Assembly (NCBI GenBank): GCA_038087875.1 | Contig: JAXLNO010000529.1 | Location: 186,001-250,000 of the forward strand | Origin: Malacoraja senta | Lineage: Eukaryota | DNA: 64,000 nt | Direction of reading: 5' to 3' | In this document: piece after piece, positions 53,401-64,000 of the stretch | How the letters are laid out: each line of letters opens with the position of its first letter | Numbering within the stretch: the first letter of the stretch is position 1 | The notes under the pieces: generated by a model | The model's database searches: none | Seen by the model: only the letters and a program-made list of their open reading frames with translations | What the model was told of the DNA's origin: nothing | Translations under genes and position numbers: made by a program

Positions 53401-56400
53401 ACATTCCCCACAGTCCCCACACAGCCCCCACAGTCCCCACAGTCCCCACACAGTCCCACAGTCCCCACACAGACCCACACAGTCCCCACAGTCCCCACAG
53501 CCCCCACAGTCCCCACAGCCCCACAGTCCCCGACAGTCCCACAGTCCCACAGTCCCCACACAGTCCCACACAGTCCCCACAGTCCCAAAGTCCCCCACAG
53601 TCCCCACATTCCCCCACAGTCGCACAGTCCCCCACAGTCCCACATTCCCCCACAGTCCCCACAGTCCCCACAGTCCCCCACAGTCCCACATTCCCCCACA
53701 GTCCCCACAGTCCCCACAGTCCCCCACACAGTCCCCACAGTCCCCCCAGGCCCACAGTCCCCACGCAGTCCCCACACAGTCCCCACAGTCCCCACACAGT
53801 GCCCACAGTCCCCACACAGTCCCCACAGTCCCCACATTCCCCCCAGTCCCACAGTCCCCACACAGTCCCCACAGTCCCCACACAGTCCCCACTGTCCCAC
53901 ATTCCCCCACAGTCGCACAGTTCCCCACAGTCCCACAGTCCCCCACAGTCCCCACAGCCCCCACAGTCCCCACATTCCCCCACAGTCGCACAGTCCCCCA
54001 CAGTCCCACATTCCCCCACAGTCCCCACAGTCCCCACACAGTCCCCCACAGTCCCCCACAGTCCCACATTCCCCCACAGTCCCCACAGTCCCACAGTCCC
54101 ACATCCCCACACAGTCCCACACAGTCCCCACACAGTCCCACACAGTCCCCACAGTCCCCACACAGTCCCACAGTCCCCACACAGTCCCACAGTCCCCACA
54201 CAGTCCCCACAGTCCCACAGTCCCCACAGTCTCCACACTGTCCCCACACAGTCCCACAGTCCCCACAGTCCCCACAGTCCCACAGTCCCCACAGTCCCCA
54301 CACAGTCCCACAGTCCCCACACAGTCCCACAGTCCCACAGTCCCCACACAGTCCCACACAGTCCCACACAGTCCCCACACAGTCCCCACAGTCCCACAAT
54401 CCCCACAGTCCCACAGTCCCCACACAGTCCCCACAGTCCCCACACAGTCCCACAGTCCCCACACAGCCCCACAGTCCCCACACAGTCCCACAGTCCCACA
54501 CAGTCCCACAGCACCCACAGTCCCACACAGTCCCACAGCCCCACAGTACTCACAGTCCCCCACAGTCCCACAGTCCCCCGCAGTCCCCACACATTCCCAC
54601 ACAGTCCCACACAGTCCCACAGTCCCCACAGTCCCCCACAGTCCCCACATAGTCCCACACAGTCCCACAGTCCCCACAGTCCAACACAGTCCCACAGTCC
54701 CCACAGTCCCCACACAGTCCCACACAGTCCCCACACAGTCCCACAGTCCCACAGTCCACACAGTCCCCACACAGTCCCACAGTCCCCACACAGTCCCCAC
54801 ACAGTCCCACAGTCCCCACACAGTCCCCACAGTCCCCACAGTCCCCACAGTTCCCACACAGTCCAACAGTCCACACACAGTCCCACACAGTCCCCACACA
54901 GTCCCACAGTCCCACAGTCCACACAGTCCCCACACAGTCCCACAGTCCCCACACAGTCCCCACACAGTCCCACAGTCCCCACACAGTCCCACACAGTCCC
55001 ACAGTCCCCCACAGTCCCACAGTCCCACAGTCCCCACACAGTCCCACACAGTCCCCACAGTCCCACAGTCCCCCACAGTCCCCCACAGTCCCCACAGTCC
55101 CACACAATCCCCACAATCCCACAGTCCCCACACAGTCCCCACAGTCCCCACACAGTCCCACACAGTCCCACACAGTCCCCACACAGTCCCCACAGTTCCC
55201 CACACAGTCCCCACACAGTCGCCACACAGTCCAACAGTCCCACAGTCCCCCATTCCCCCACAGTCCCGCAGTCCCCACATAGTCCCCACACAGTACCACA
55301 GTCCCCACAGTCCCCACAGTCCCCACACAGTCCTCCACACAGTCCCACAGTCCCCACACAGTCCCACAGTCCTCACACAGTCCCCCACAGTCCCCACAGT
55401 CCCCCACAGTCCCCACAGTCCCACACAGTCCCCACGCAGTCCCACGCAGTCCCCACAGTCCCCACACAGGCCCCACACAGACCCCACACAGTCCCACACA
55501 ATCCCACAGAGTCCCACAGTCCAACACCGTCCCCCACAGTCCCACACAGTCCCCACGGTCCCCACACAGTCCCACACAGTCCCACACAGTCTCCCACAGT
55601 CCCACACAGTCCCCACAGTCCCTCACAGTCCCCACACAGTCCCACACAGTCCCACACAGTCCACACAGTCCCCACAGTCCCACACAGTCCCACACAGTCT
55701 ACACAGTCCCCACAGTTCCCACACAGTCCCCCACAGTCCCACACAGTCCCCACAGTCCCACACAGTCCCCACAGTCCCACACAGTCCCCACAGTCCCCCA
55801 CAGTCACACACAGTCCCACACAGTCCCCACAGTCCCACACAGTCCCCACAGGCCCACACAGTCCCCACAGTCCCACACAGTCCCCACAGTCCCACACAGT
55901 CCCACACAGTCCCCACACAGTCCCCCACATTCCCACACAGTCCCACACAGTCCCACACAGTCCCCACACAGTCCTCACAGTCCCACACAGTCCCACACAG
56001 TCCCCACAGTCCCCACAGTCCCCACAGTCCCACACAGTCCCCACAGTCCCTCACAGTCCCACACAGTCCCCCACAGTCCCACACAATCCCCACACAGTCC
56101 CCACACAGTCCCACACAGTCCCACACAGTCCCCCACAGTCCCCACACAGTCCCCACAGTCCCACACTGTACCACACAGTCCCACACAGTCCCCACAGTCC
56201 CACACAGTCCCACAGTCCCACACAGTCCCCACAGTCCCACACAGTCCCCACACAGTCCCACACAGTCCCACACAGTCCACACAGTCCCCACAGTCCCACA
56301 CAGTCCCACACAGTCCACACAGTCCCCACAGTTCCCACACAGTCCCCCACAGTCCCACACAGTCCCCACAGTCCCACACAGTCCCCACAGTCCCACACAG

Positions 56401-59400
56401 TCCCCACAGTCCCCCACAGTCCCACACAGTCCCACACAGTCCCCACAGTCCCACACAGTCCCCACAGGCCCACACAGTCCCCACAGTCCCACACAGTCCC
56501 CACAGTCCCACACAGTCCCACACAGTCCCCACACAGTCCCCCACATTCCCACACAGTCCCACACAGTCCCACACAGTCCCCACACAGTCCTCACAGTCCC
56601 ACACAGTCCCACACAGTCCCCACAGTCCCCACAGTCCCCACAGTCCTACACAGTCCCCACAGTCCCTCACAGTCCCACACAGTCCCCCACAGTCCCACAC
56701 AATCCCCACACAGTCCCCACACAGTCCCACACAGTCCCACACAGTCCCCCACAGTCCCCACACAGTCCCCACAGTCCCACACTGTACCACACAGTCCCAC
56801 ACAGTCCCCACAGTCCCACACAGTCCCACAGTCCCACACAGTCCCCCACAGTCCCACACAGTCCCACACAGTCCCCACAGTCCCACACAGTCCCACACAG
56901 TCCCCACAGTCCCACACAGTCCCACACAGTCCCACACAGTCCCCACAGTCCCCACAGTCCCCACAGTCCCCACAGTCCCCCACAGTCCCACACAGTCCCC
57001 ACAGTCCCCCACAGTCCCACACAGTCCCCACAGTCCCACACAGTCCCCACACAGTCCCACGCAGTCCCCACACAGTCCCCAGTCCCACACAGTCCCCACA
57101 CAGTCCCACACAGTCCCCACAGTCCCCACAGTCCCCCACAGTCCCCACACATTCCCCACAGTCCCACACACAGTCCCCACACAGTCCCACAGTCCCACAC
57201 ACAGTCCCCACAGTCCCACAGAGTCCAACAGTCCCCACAGTCCCCACAGTCCCACAGTCCCCACAGTCCCCACACAGTCCCACAGTCCCCACACAGTCCC
57301 ACAGTCCCACAGTCCCCACACAGTCCCACAGTCCCCACAGTCCCATACAGTCCCACACAGTCCCACAGTCCCCACAGTCCCCACACAGTCCCAAACAGTC
57401 CCACAGTCCCCACAGTCCCACACAGTCCCCACACAGTCCCACACAGTCCCACAGTCCCCACAGTCCCCACACAGTCCCCACACAGTCCCACAGTCCCACA
57501 CAGTCCCACAGCCCACACAGTCCCCACAGTGCGACATTCCCCCACAGTCCCACACAGTCCCCACACAGTCCCACAGTCCCACACATTCCCCACACAGTCC
57601 CACATTCCCCCACACAGTCCCCCACAGTCCCCACACAGTCCCCCACAGTCCCCACACAGTCCCCCACACAGTTCCCACACACTCCCCCACAGTCCCCACA
57701 GTCCCACACAGTCTCACAGTCCCACGCAGTCCCACAGTCCCACACAGTCCCCACACAGTCCCCACAGTTCCCACACAGTCCCCACAGCCCCACACAGTCC
57801 CCACAGTCCCACACAGTCCCACAGTCCCACACAGTCCCACAGTCCCACACAGTCCACACAGTCCCCCACAGTCCCACACAGTCCCCACAGTCCCCACATT
57901 CCCCACACTGTCCCCACAGTCCCACACAGTCCCCACACAGTCCCACACAGTCCCCAGTCCCCCACACAGTCCCCACAGTCCCCACAGTCCCTACACAGTC
58001 CACACAGCCCCCACACAGTCCCACAGTCCCCACACAGTCCCCACAGTCCCCACAGTCCCCACACAGTCCCCACAGTTCCCACACACTCCCCCACAGTCCC
58101 CACAGTCCCACACAGTCCCACAGCCACACAGTCCCACGGTCCCACACAGTCCCACACAGTCCCCACAGTACCCACACAGTCCCCACAGCCCCACACAGTC
58201 CCCGCAGTCCCACACAGTCCCACAGTCCCACACAGTCCCACAGTCCCACACAGTCCACACAGTCCCCCACAGTCCCACACAGTCCCCACAGTCCCCACAT
58301 TCCCCACACTGTCCCCACAGTCCCACACAGTCCCCACACAGTCCCCCACACAGTTCCCACACACTCCCCCACAGTCCCCACAGTCCCACACAGTCCCACA
58401 GTCCCACACAGTCCCACAGTCCCACACAGTCCCACACAGTCCCCACAGTTCCCACACAGTCCCCACAGCCCCACACAGTCCCCACAGTCCCACACAGTCC
58501 CACAGTCCCACACAGTCCCACAGTCCCACACAGTCCACACAGTCCCCCACAGTCCCACACAGTCCCCACAGTCCCCACATTCCCCACACTGTCCCCACAG
58601 TCCCACACAGTCCCCACACAGTCCCCCACACAGTTCCCACACACTCCCCCACAGTCCCCACAGTCCCACACAGTCCCACAGTCCCACACAGTCCCACAGT
58701 CCCACACAGTCCCACACAGTCCCCACAGTTCCCACACAGTCCCCACAGCCCCACACAGTCCCCACAGTCCCACACAGTCCCACAGTCCCACACAGTCCCA
58801 CAGTCCCACACAGTCCACACAGTCCCCCACAGTCCCACACAGTCCCCACAGTCCCCACATTCCCCACACTGTCCCCACAGTCCCACACAGTCCCCACACA
58901 GTCCCACACAGTCCCCAGTCCCCACACAGTTCCCACAGTCCCCACAGTCCCCACACAGTCCCCACAGCCCCCACACAGTCCCACAGTCCCCACACAGTCC
59001 CCACAGTCCCCACAGTCCCCACACAGTCCCCACAGTTCCCACACACTCCCCCACAGTCCCCACAGTCTCACACAGTCCCACAGCCACACAGTCCCACAGT
59101 CCCACACAGTCCCACACAGTCCCCACAGTTCCCACACAGTCCCCACAGCCCCACACAGTCCCCACAGTCCCACACAGTCCCACAGTCCCACACAGTCCCA
59201 CAGTCCCACACAGTCCACACAGTCCCCCACAGTCCCACACAGTCCCCACAGTCCCCACATTCCCCACACTGTCCCCACAGTCCCACACAGTCCCCACACA
59301 GTCCCACACAGTCCCCAGTCCCCACACAGTCCCCACAGTCCCCACAGTCCCCACACAGTCCCCACAGCCCCCACACAGTCCCACAGTCCCCACACAGTCC

Positions 59401-61987
59401 CCACAGTCACCACACAGTCCCACACAGTCCCACACAGTCCCATAGTCCCACAGTCCCCTCACAGTCCCACACAGTCCCCACAGTCCCCACAGTCCCACAG
59501 TCCCCACACAGTCCCACACAGTCCCCACAGTCCCACAGTCCCACAGTCCCCACACAGTCCACACAGTCCCCACACAGTCCCACAGTCCCAACACAGCCCC
59601 ACAGTCCCCACACAGTCCCACAGTCCCACACAGTCCCACAGTCCCACACAGTCCCCCACAGTCCCACACAGTCCCACACAGGCCAACACAGTCCCCACAC
59701 AGTCCCCCACAGTCCCACACAGTCCCACACAGTCCCACACAGTCCACACAGTCCCACACAGCCCCACAGTCCCCACAGTCCCCACACAGTCCCACACAGT
59801 CCCCACAGTCCCACAGTCCCACACAGTCCCCACAGTCCCACACAGTCCCACACAGTCCCCCACAGTCCCACACAGTCCCCACAGTCCCACACAGTCCCAC
59901 AGTCCCACACAGTCCCACACAGTCCCCACAGTCCCCACACAGTCCCACACAGTCCCCACAGTCCCACACAGTCCCCACAGTCCCCACACAGTCCCACACA
60001 GTCCCACAGTCCCGCACAGTCCCACACAGTCCCCACACAGTCCCACACAGTCCCCACACAGTCCCACAGTCCCCACACAGTCCCACAGTCCCACACAGTC
60101 CCACAGTTCCCACACAGTCCCCAGTCCCCACACAGTCCCCACACAGTCCCCACACAGTCCCACAGTCCCACACAGTCCCCACACAGTCCCACAGTCCCCA
60201 TAAGTCCCCACAGTCCCCACACAGTCCCACAGTCCCCACACAGTCCCACACAGTCCCCACACAGTCCCACAGTCCCACAGTCCCCACACAGTCCCCACAG
60301 TCCCCACACAGTCCCACGCAGTCCCACACAGTCCCCACACAGTCCCACAGTCCCCACACAGTACCCACTGTCCCCACACAGTCCCCACACCGTCCCCACA
60401 CCGTCCCCACACAGTTCCCCACAGTCCCCCACAGTCCCCAAACAGTCCCCCACAGTCCCCACACAGTCCCCCACATTCCCCACACAGTCCCACTGTCCCC
60501 CACAGTCCCACACAGTCCCCACACAGTCCCCCACAGTCCCACACAGTCCCACAGTCCCCCACATTCCCCCACAGTCCCACAGTCCCACACAGTCCCACAG
60601 TCCCACACAGTCCCACATTCCCCCACAGTCCCACACAGTCCCCACACAGTCCCACACAGTCCCCCACAGTCCCCACACAGTCCCACATTCCCCCACATTC
60701 CCCCACAGTCCCACACAGTCCCCACACAGTCCCACATTCCCCCACAGTCCCACACAGTCCCCACACAGTCCCACAGTCCCACACAATCCCCACACAGTCC
60801 CACATTCCCCCACACAGTCCCACACAGTCCCCCACACAGTCCCCACACAGTCCCCCACAGTCCCCACAGTCCCACACAGTCCCACAGTCCCACACAGTCC
60901 CTCACAGTCCCACAGTCCCACACAGTCCACACAGTCCCCACAGTCCCACACAGCCCCACACAGTCCCCACAGTCCCCCACAGTCCCACAGTCCCACACAG
61001 TCCCACAGTCCCACAGTCCCCCACAGTCCCACACAGTCCACACAGTCCCCCACAGTCCCACACAGTCCCCACAGTCCCACACAGTCCCACACAGTCCCAC
61101 AGTCCCACACAGTCCCCACAGTCCCACACAGTCCCACACAGTCCCGCACAGTCCCACACACAGTCCCTACACAGTCCCACACAGTCCCCACATTCCCCCA
61201 CAGTCCCACACTGTCCCCACACAGTCCCACATTCCCCCACAGTCCCACACAGTCCCCACACAGTCCCACACAGTCCCACAGTCCCACATTCCCCCACAGT
61301 CCCACACAGTCCCCACACAGTCCCACACAGTCCCATAGTCCCCCACAGTCGCACATTCCCCCACAGTCCCTCACAGTCCCCACACTGTCCCACAGTCCCC
61401 ACACAGTCCCACACAGTCCCACACAGTCCCCACATAGTCCCCACACAGTCCCACGCACTCCCCACAGTCCCCACACAGTCCCCACACTGTCCCACACAGT
61501 CCCACATTCCCCCACAGTCCCACACAGTCCCCACAGTCCCACACAGTCCCCACAGTCCCACATTCCCCCACAGTCCCACACAGTCGCCACACAGTCCCAA
61601 ATTCCCCCACAGTCCCACACAGTCCCCACACATTCCCCACACAGTCCCCACACAGTCCCCACACAGTCCCACACAGTCCCCACACAGTCCCCACAGTCCC
61701 ACAGTCCCCACAGTCCCCACAGGCCCACATTCCCCCACAGTCCCACACAGTCCCAAATCCCCCCACAGTCCCACACAGTCCCCACACAGTCCCACACAGT
61801 CCCCACAGTCCCCACAGGCTACAACCTCCCCTAGTGGATCTTTGGTGGGTAGACTGACAGACAGACAGACGGACGCGGCGCACCGGGGCTGGCAAAGCGG
61901 GACGGCGGGTCTCAGGCGTCCGGGTGGAGGGCGAACCGCCGAATGTTGGTTACGGGGTGGTTTTGTTGTTCTTTTTTTGGTGCATTG

Positions 61988-62152
61988 AGGGTGGGATGGA
62001 GAGGAAAAGGTAGGGGGGAGAGAGAGGACGAGAGAGAGGGAGGGAGAGGGAGGGAGAGAGGGAGGGAATGAGTGAGAGAAAGTTTGGGAGAGTTTTGAGA
62101 AACTTTTGAGAAACTTTTGAGAAAGTATTGAAGGGAGAGAGGGAGAGAGGAG

Positions 62153-62183
<31 letters not shown>

Positions 62184-62205
62184 AGGGAAGAGAGGGAGAG
62201 AGAAG
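61988..62205 (+). repeat. Polypurine (GA/GGA-rich) low-complexity tract with an internal TTTTGAGAAAC 11-mer tandem
   Basis: GAGAGAGGGAGGGAGAG-type runs at ~61990-62080 and ~62130-62205 flank about three imperfect copies of TTTTGAGAAAC (~62093-62126). Confidence 0.9.
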
Positions 62206-62228
62206 TATTCACCTCTTCCTACCTCTCT

Positions 62229-62370
62229 GGTCATCACGATAGCGCAGCGGTAGAGTTGCCGCCAGAGATCCCGGTTCCATCCCGACCACGGGCGCTGTCT
62301 GTACGGAGTTTGCATGTTCTCTCTCCCCTTGACCTGCGTGGGTTTTCTCTGGGCGCTCCGGTTTCCTCCC
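62229..62370 (+). mobile_element. tRNA-derived SINE, 5' part (V-SINE / elasmobranch HE1-like)
   Basis: Pol III A box TAGCGCAGCGG (62240-62250) and degenerate B box GGTTCCATCCC (62273-62283). These are followed by CTGTCTGTACGGAGTTTGCATGTTCTC...TGCGTGGGTTTTCTCTGGGCGCTCCGGTTTCCTCCC, which I recognise as the V-SINE central domain. Truncated at 62370. Confidence 0.85.
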
Positions 62371-62372
62371 TC

Positions 62373-62442
62373 CAGGGACGGATTTACGTATGAGCCAGAC
62401 AAGCTTACGTTTAGGGCCTCGAGATCTTGGGGGGCCCCGGCC
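62373..62442 (+). mobile_element. Possible left end of a hAT-like DNA transposon/MITE
   Basis: Starts CAGGGACGGATTTA where the SINE breaks off, resembling CAGGG-C-GGATT hAT-type termini. No matching right TIR found in the window. Confidence 0.3.
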
Positions 62443-62763
62443 CGCTCCACCAAGGTGTACTAAACTTTTGACAAAGTGGCGTTGTCACAATCCCTACAAA
62501 GTGGCGTTGTGCTTGCGATTCCGGGGGCTTTGGTGTTGTGGGGAGGGGGGGGATTAAAATGCAGGTGAGGGTTATATTCGTTGTGGACAGGAACTCCTAC
62601 TCTTTGCCCGCTGACCCTGGCCATTCCACCACCCTCCAGCAGCCCGCAGCCGTCGCCTCGCCTGCAGCCTGGACTCAGCACCAGGCCTGAAGTTTCCACG
62701 CTGCAGACTCCAACTCCCCTGGGTTTGACTGCGCTGGGTCCTAGTACTAGATGCCCAACGTAA

Positions 62764-62916
62764 CCTTGTGGCTAAAGGGATCAGGGGGAATGGAGAGAAG
62801 GCAGGGATGGGATACGGAGTTGGATGATCAGCCATGATCATATCGAATGGCGGTGCAGGCTCGAAGGGACCGAATGGCCTACTCCTGCACCTATTGTCTA
62901 TGCTTCTATGTTTCTA
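62764..62916 (+). mobile_element. CR1-type LINE extreme 3' end (~150 bp)
   Basis: CTTGTGGCTAAAGGGATCAGGGG...GATCAGCCATGATCAT...GGCTCGAAGGG-CCGAATGGCCTACTCCTGCACCTAT with a (TTCTATG)-like tail. Homologous to the minus-strand copy at 63057-63201, which is contiguous with CR1 ORF2. Confidence 0.85.
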
Positions 62917-63056
62917 ACCCTGGTAACCTCAGTGGCCATTCCACTGGGTCTTCAACATCCCCCTCAAACCATGTGACCCCAGCTCTTCCCCACCCACACT
63001 ACAGTCCTCATATCCCCCTACCCCCTGACCACCCACCAACCCCCACCAGATATCAG

Positions 63057-63433
63057 AGAAACATAGAAAATAGGTGCAGGAGTAGAGGCCATTCGGCCCT
63101 TCGAGCCTGCACCGCCATTCAATATGATCATGGCTGATCATTCAACTCAGCATCCTGTACCTGCCTTCTCTCCATAGCCCCTGATACCTTTAGCCACAAG
63201 GGCCACATCTAACTCCCTCTTAAATATAGCCAATGAACTGGCCTCAACTACCTTCTGTGGCAAAGAATTCCAGAGATTCACCACTCTCTGTGTGAAAAAT
63301 GTTTTTCTCATCTCGGTCCTAAAAGATTTCCCCCTTATCCTTAAACTGTGACCCCTTGTCCTGGGACTTCCCCAACATCGGGAACAATCTTCCTGCATCT
63401 AGCCTGTCCAACCCCTTAAGAATTTTGTAAGTT
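63057..63433 (-). mobile_element. CR1-type LINE 3' fragment with frameshifted ORF2 C-terminus
   Basis: Minus strand reads TYKILKGLDRLDAGRLFPMLGKS, then a +1 shift near 63363-63365, then RTRGHSLRIRGKSFRTEMRKTFFTQRVVNLWNSLPQKVVEASSLAIFKRELD, a classic CR1 ORF2 end. Stop at 63147, then 3' UTR and TTTCTATG tail. Confidence 0.92.
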
Positions 63434-64000
63434 CAAGTTCAAGTGAGTTTATTGTCATGTGTCCCTGATAGGACAATGAAATTCTTGCTTTGCTTCAGCA
63501 CAACAGAACATAGTAGGCATTGACTACAAGGCATTCTATAAATATATACACACATGAATCAATATACTGATAAAGTGCAAATAACAGTATTGGCTAATAA
63601 TGTTCAGTGTTATGTCCGAGCCAGGTTTAATAGCCTGATGGCTGTGGGGAAGTAGGTATTCCTGAACCTGGTCGTTGCATTCTTCAGGCTCCTGTACCTT
63701 CTACCTGAAGGTAGTAGGGAGATGAGTGTGTGGCCAGGATGGTGTGGGTCCTTGATGATGCTGCCAGCCTTTTTGAGGCAGCGACTGCGATAGAACCCCT
63801 CGATGGAAGGGAGGTCAGAGCCGATGATGGACTGGGCAGTGTTTACTACTTTTTGTAGTCTTTTCCTCTCCAGGGCGCTCAAGGTGCCGAAACAAGCCAC
63901 GATGCAACCGGTCAGCATGCTCTCTACTGTGCACCTGTAGAAGTTAGAGAGCGTCCTCCTTGACAAACCGACTCTCCGTAATCTTCTCAGGAAGTAGAGG
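63429..64000 (-). mobile_element. Rex1/Babar-type LINE 3' end, apparently nested in the CR1
   Basis: Minus strand: ORF end, ~160 bp 3' UTR, AATAAA (TTTATT at 63448-63453) and (GAACTT)n tail (63429-63444). Continues beyond the window. Confidence 0.85.
63610..64000 (-). CDS. LINE ORF2 C-terminus (post-RT, DUF1891-like region), partial
   Basis: LYFLRRLRRVGLSRRTLSNFYRCTVESMLTGCIVACFG...RKRLQKVVNTAQSIIG...IIKDPHHPGH..ISLLPSGRRYRS...TTRFRNTYFPTAIRLLN. Open from the window edge to the stop at 63610. Confidence 0.85.
   Translation of the reverse strand, partial: LYFLRRLRRVGLSRRTLSNFYRCTVESMLTGCIVACFGTLSALERKRLQKVVNTAQSIIGSDLPSIEGFYRSRCLKKAGSIIKDPHHPGHTLISLLPSGRRYRSLKNATTRFRNTYFPTAIRLLNLART

Larger units (their letters stand above)
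7468..61817 (-). repeat. Same tandem satellite, C-rich on + ((AC)1-3AGTC(2-6)), with three insertions
   Basis: Reverse complement of the left block, sharing the same rare variants (CCCAAACAG, CACAGAGTCC, CACATTCCCC, CACGCAGT). Interrupted at 13321-14240, 18011-18933 and 46517-47471; ends at CCCCACAG|GCTACAACC near 61817. Confidence 0.99.

Noticed and set aside
1..61817. Giant ORFs (up to 5845 aa) of GTVWDC / PHSPTQ repeats as mucin-, keratin-associated- or metallothionein-like genes
   Set aside because: They are open in all six frames because the unit has no stop codon. Unit lengths of 8, 10 and 11 bp constantly shift frame, with no codon-level constraint. Several cross the N gap.
7468..61817. 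CRISPR array or telomeric repeat
   Set aside because: No unique spacers and no cas genes, in a eukaryotic context. No TTAGGG arrays, and the unit is not a fixed telomerase-type repeat.
62229..62300. tRNA gene
   Set aside because: A and B boxes are present, but the anticodon region is shortened, there is no cloverleaf, and it continues into a SINE core.
62555..62575. Splice donor-like CAG|GTGAGG suggesting a host exon
   Set aside because: No supporting acceptor or coding signal; such matches are common by chance.

Overview
Eukaryotic, repeat-only window; no host gene can be supported. The retroelements look like jawed-vertebrate, probably cartilaginous-fish, families (inferred from an HE1/V-SINE-like SINE and CR1, Rex/Babar and Penelope-type ends). 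More than 90% is one satellite of 8-11 bp variants of ACAGTCCC/GGGACTGT. It is G-rich on + from 1-7267, then a 200-N gap (7268-7467), then C-rich on + from 7468 to ~61817. The unit has no stop codon in any frame, so nearly all giant ORFs in the track are artefacts. Rare variant units mark nested higher-order repeats of ~0.28, 0.6, 0.8, 0.86, 1.0, 1.37, 1.47, 1.58 and 4.6-6.1 kb. Three insertions interrupt the array. Two are near-identical, 5'-truncated Penelope-like (Neptune-type) fragments (13321-14240, 18011-18933), each with an open GIY-YIG domain and a hammerhead-ribozyme-like core, duplicated together with their satellite flanks. The third is a ~920 bp GC-rich non-autonomous retroposon with a LINE-type 3' end, preceded by a short inverted satellite patch (46517-47471). 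The last 2.2 kb holds a GA tract, a tRNA-derived SINE, two tail-to-tail CR1 3' ends and a Rex/Babar-type LINE 3' end abutting one of them. The most intriguing arrangement is the ~4.69 kb interval between the two hammerhead-like motifs: it holds a complete ATG-to-stop frame (14198-18724) fusing satellite-encoded repeats to GIY-YIG. Function is unproven.
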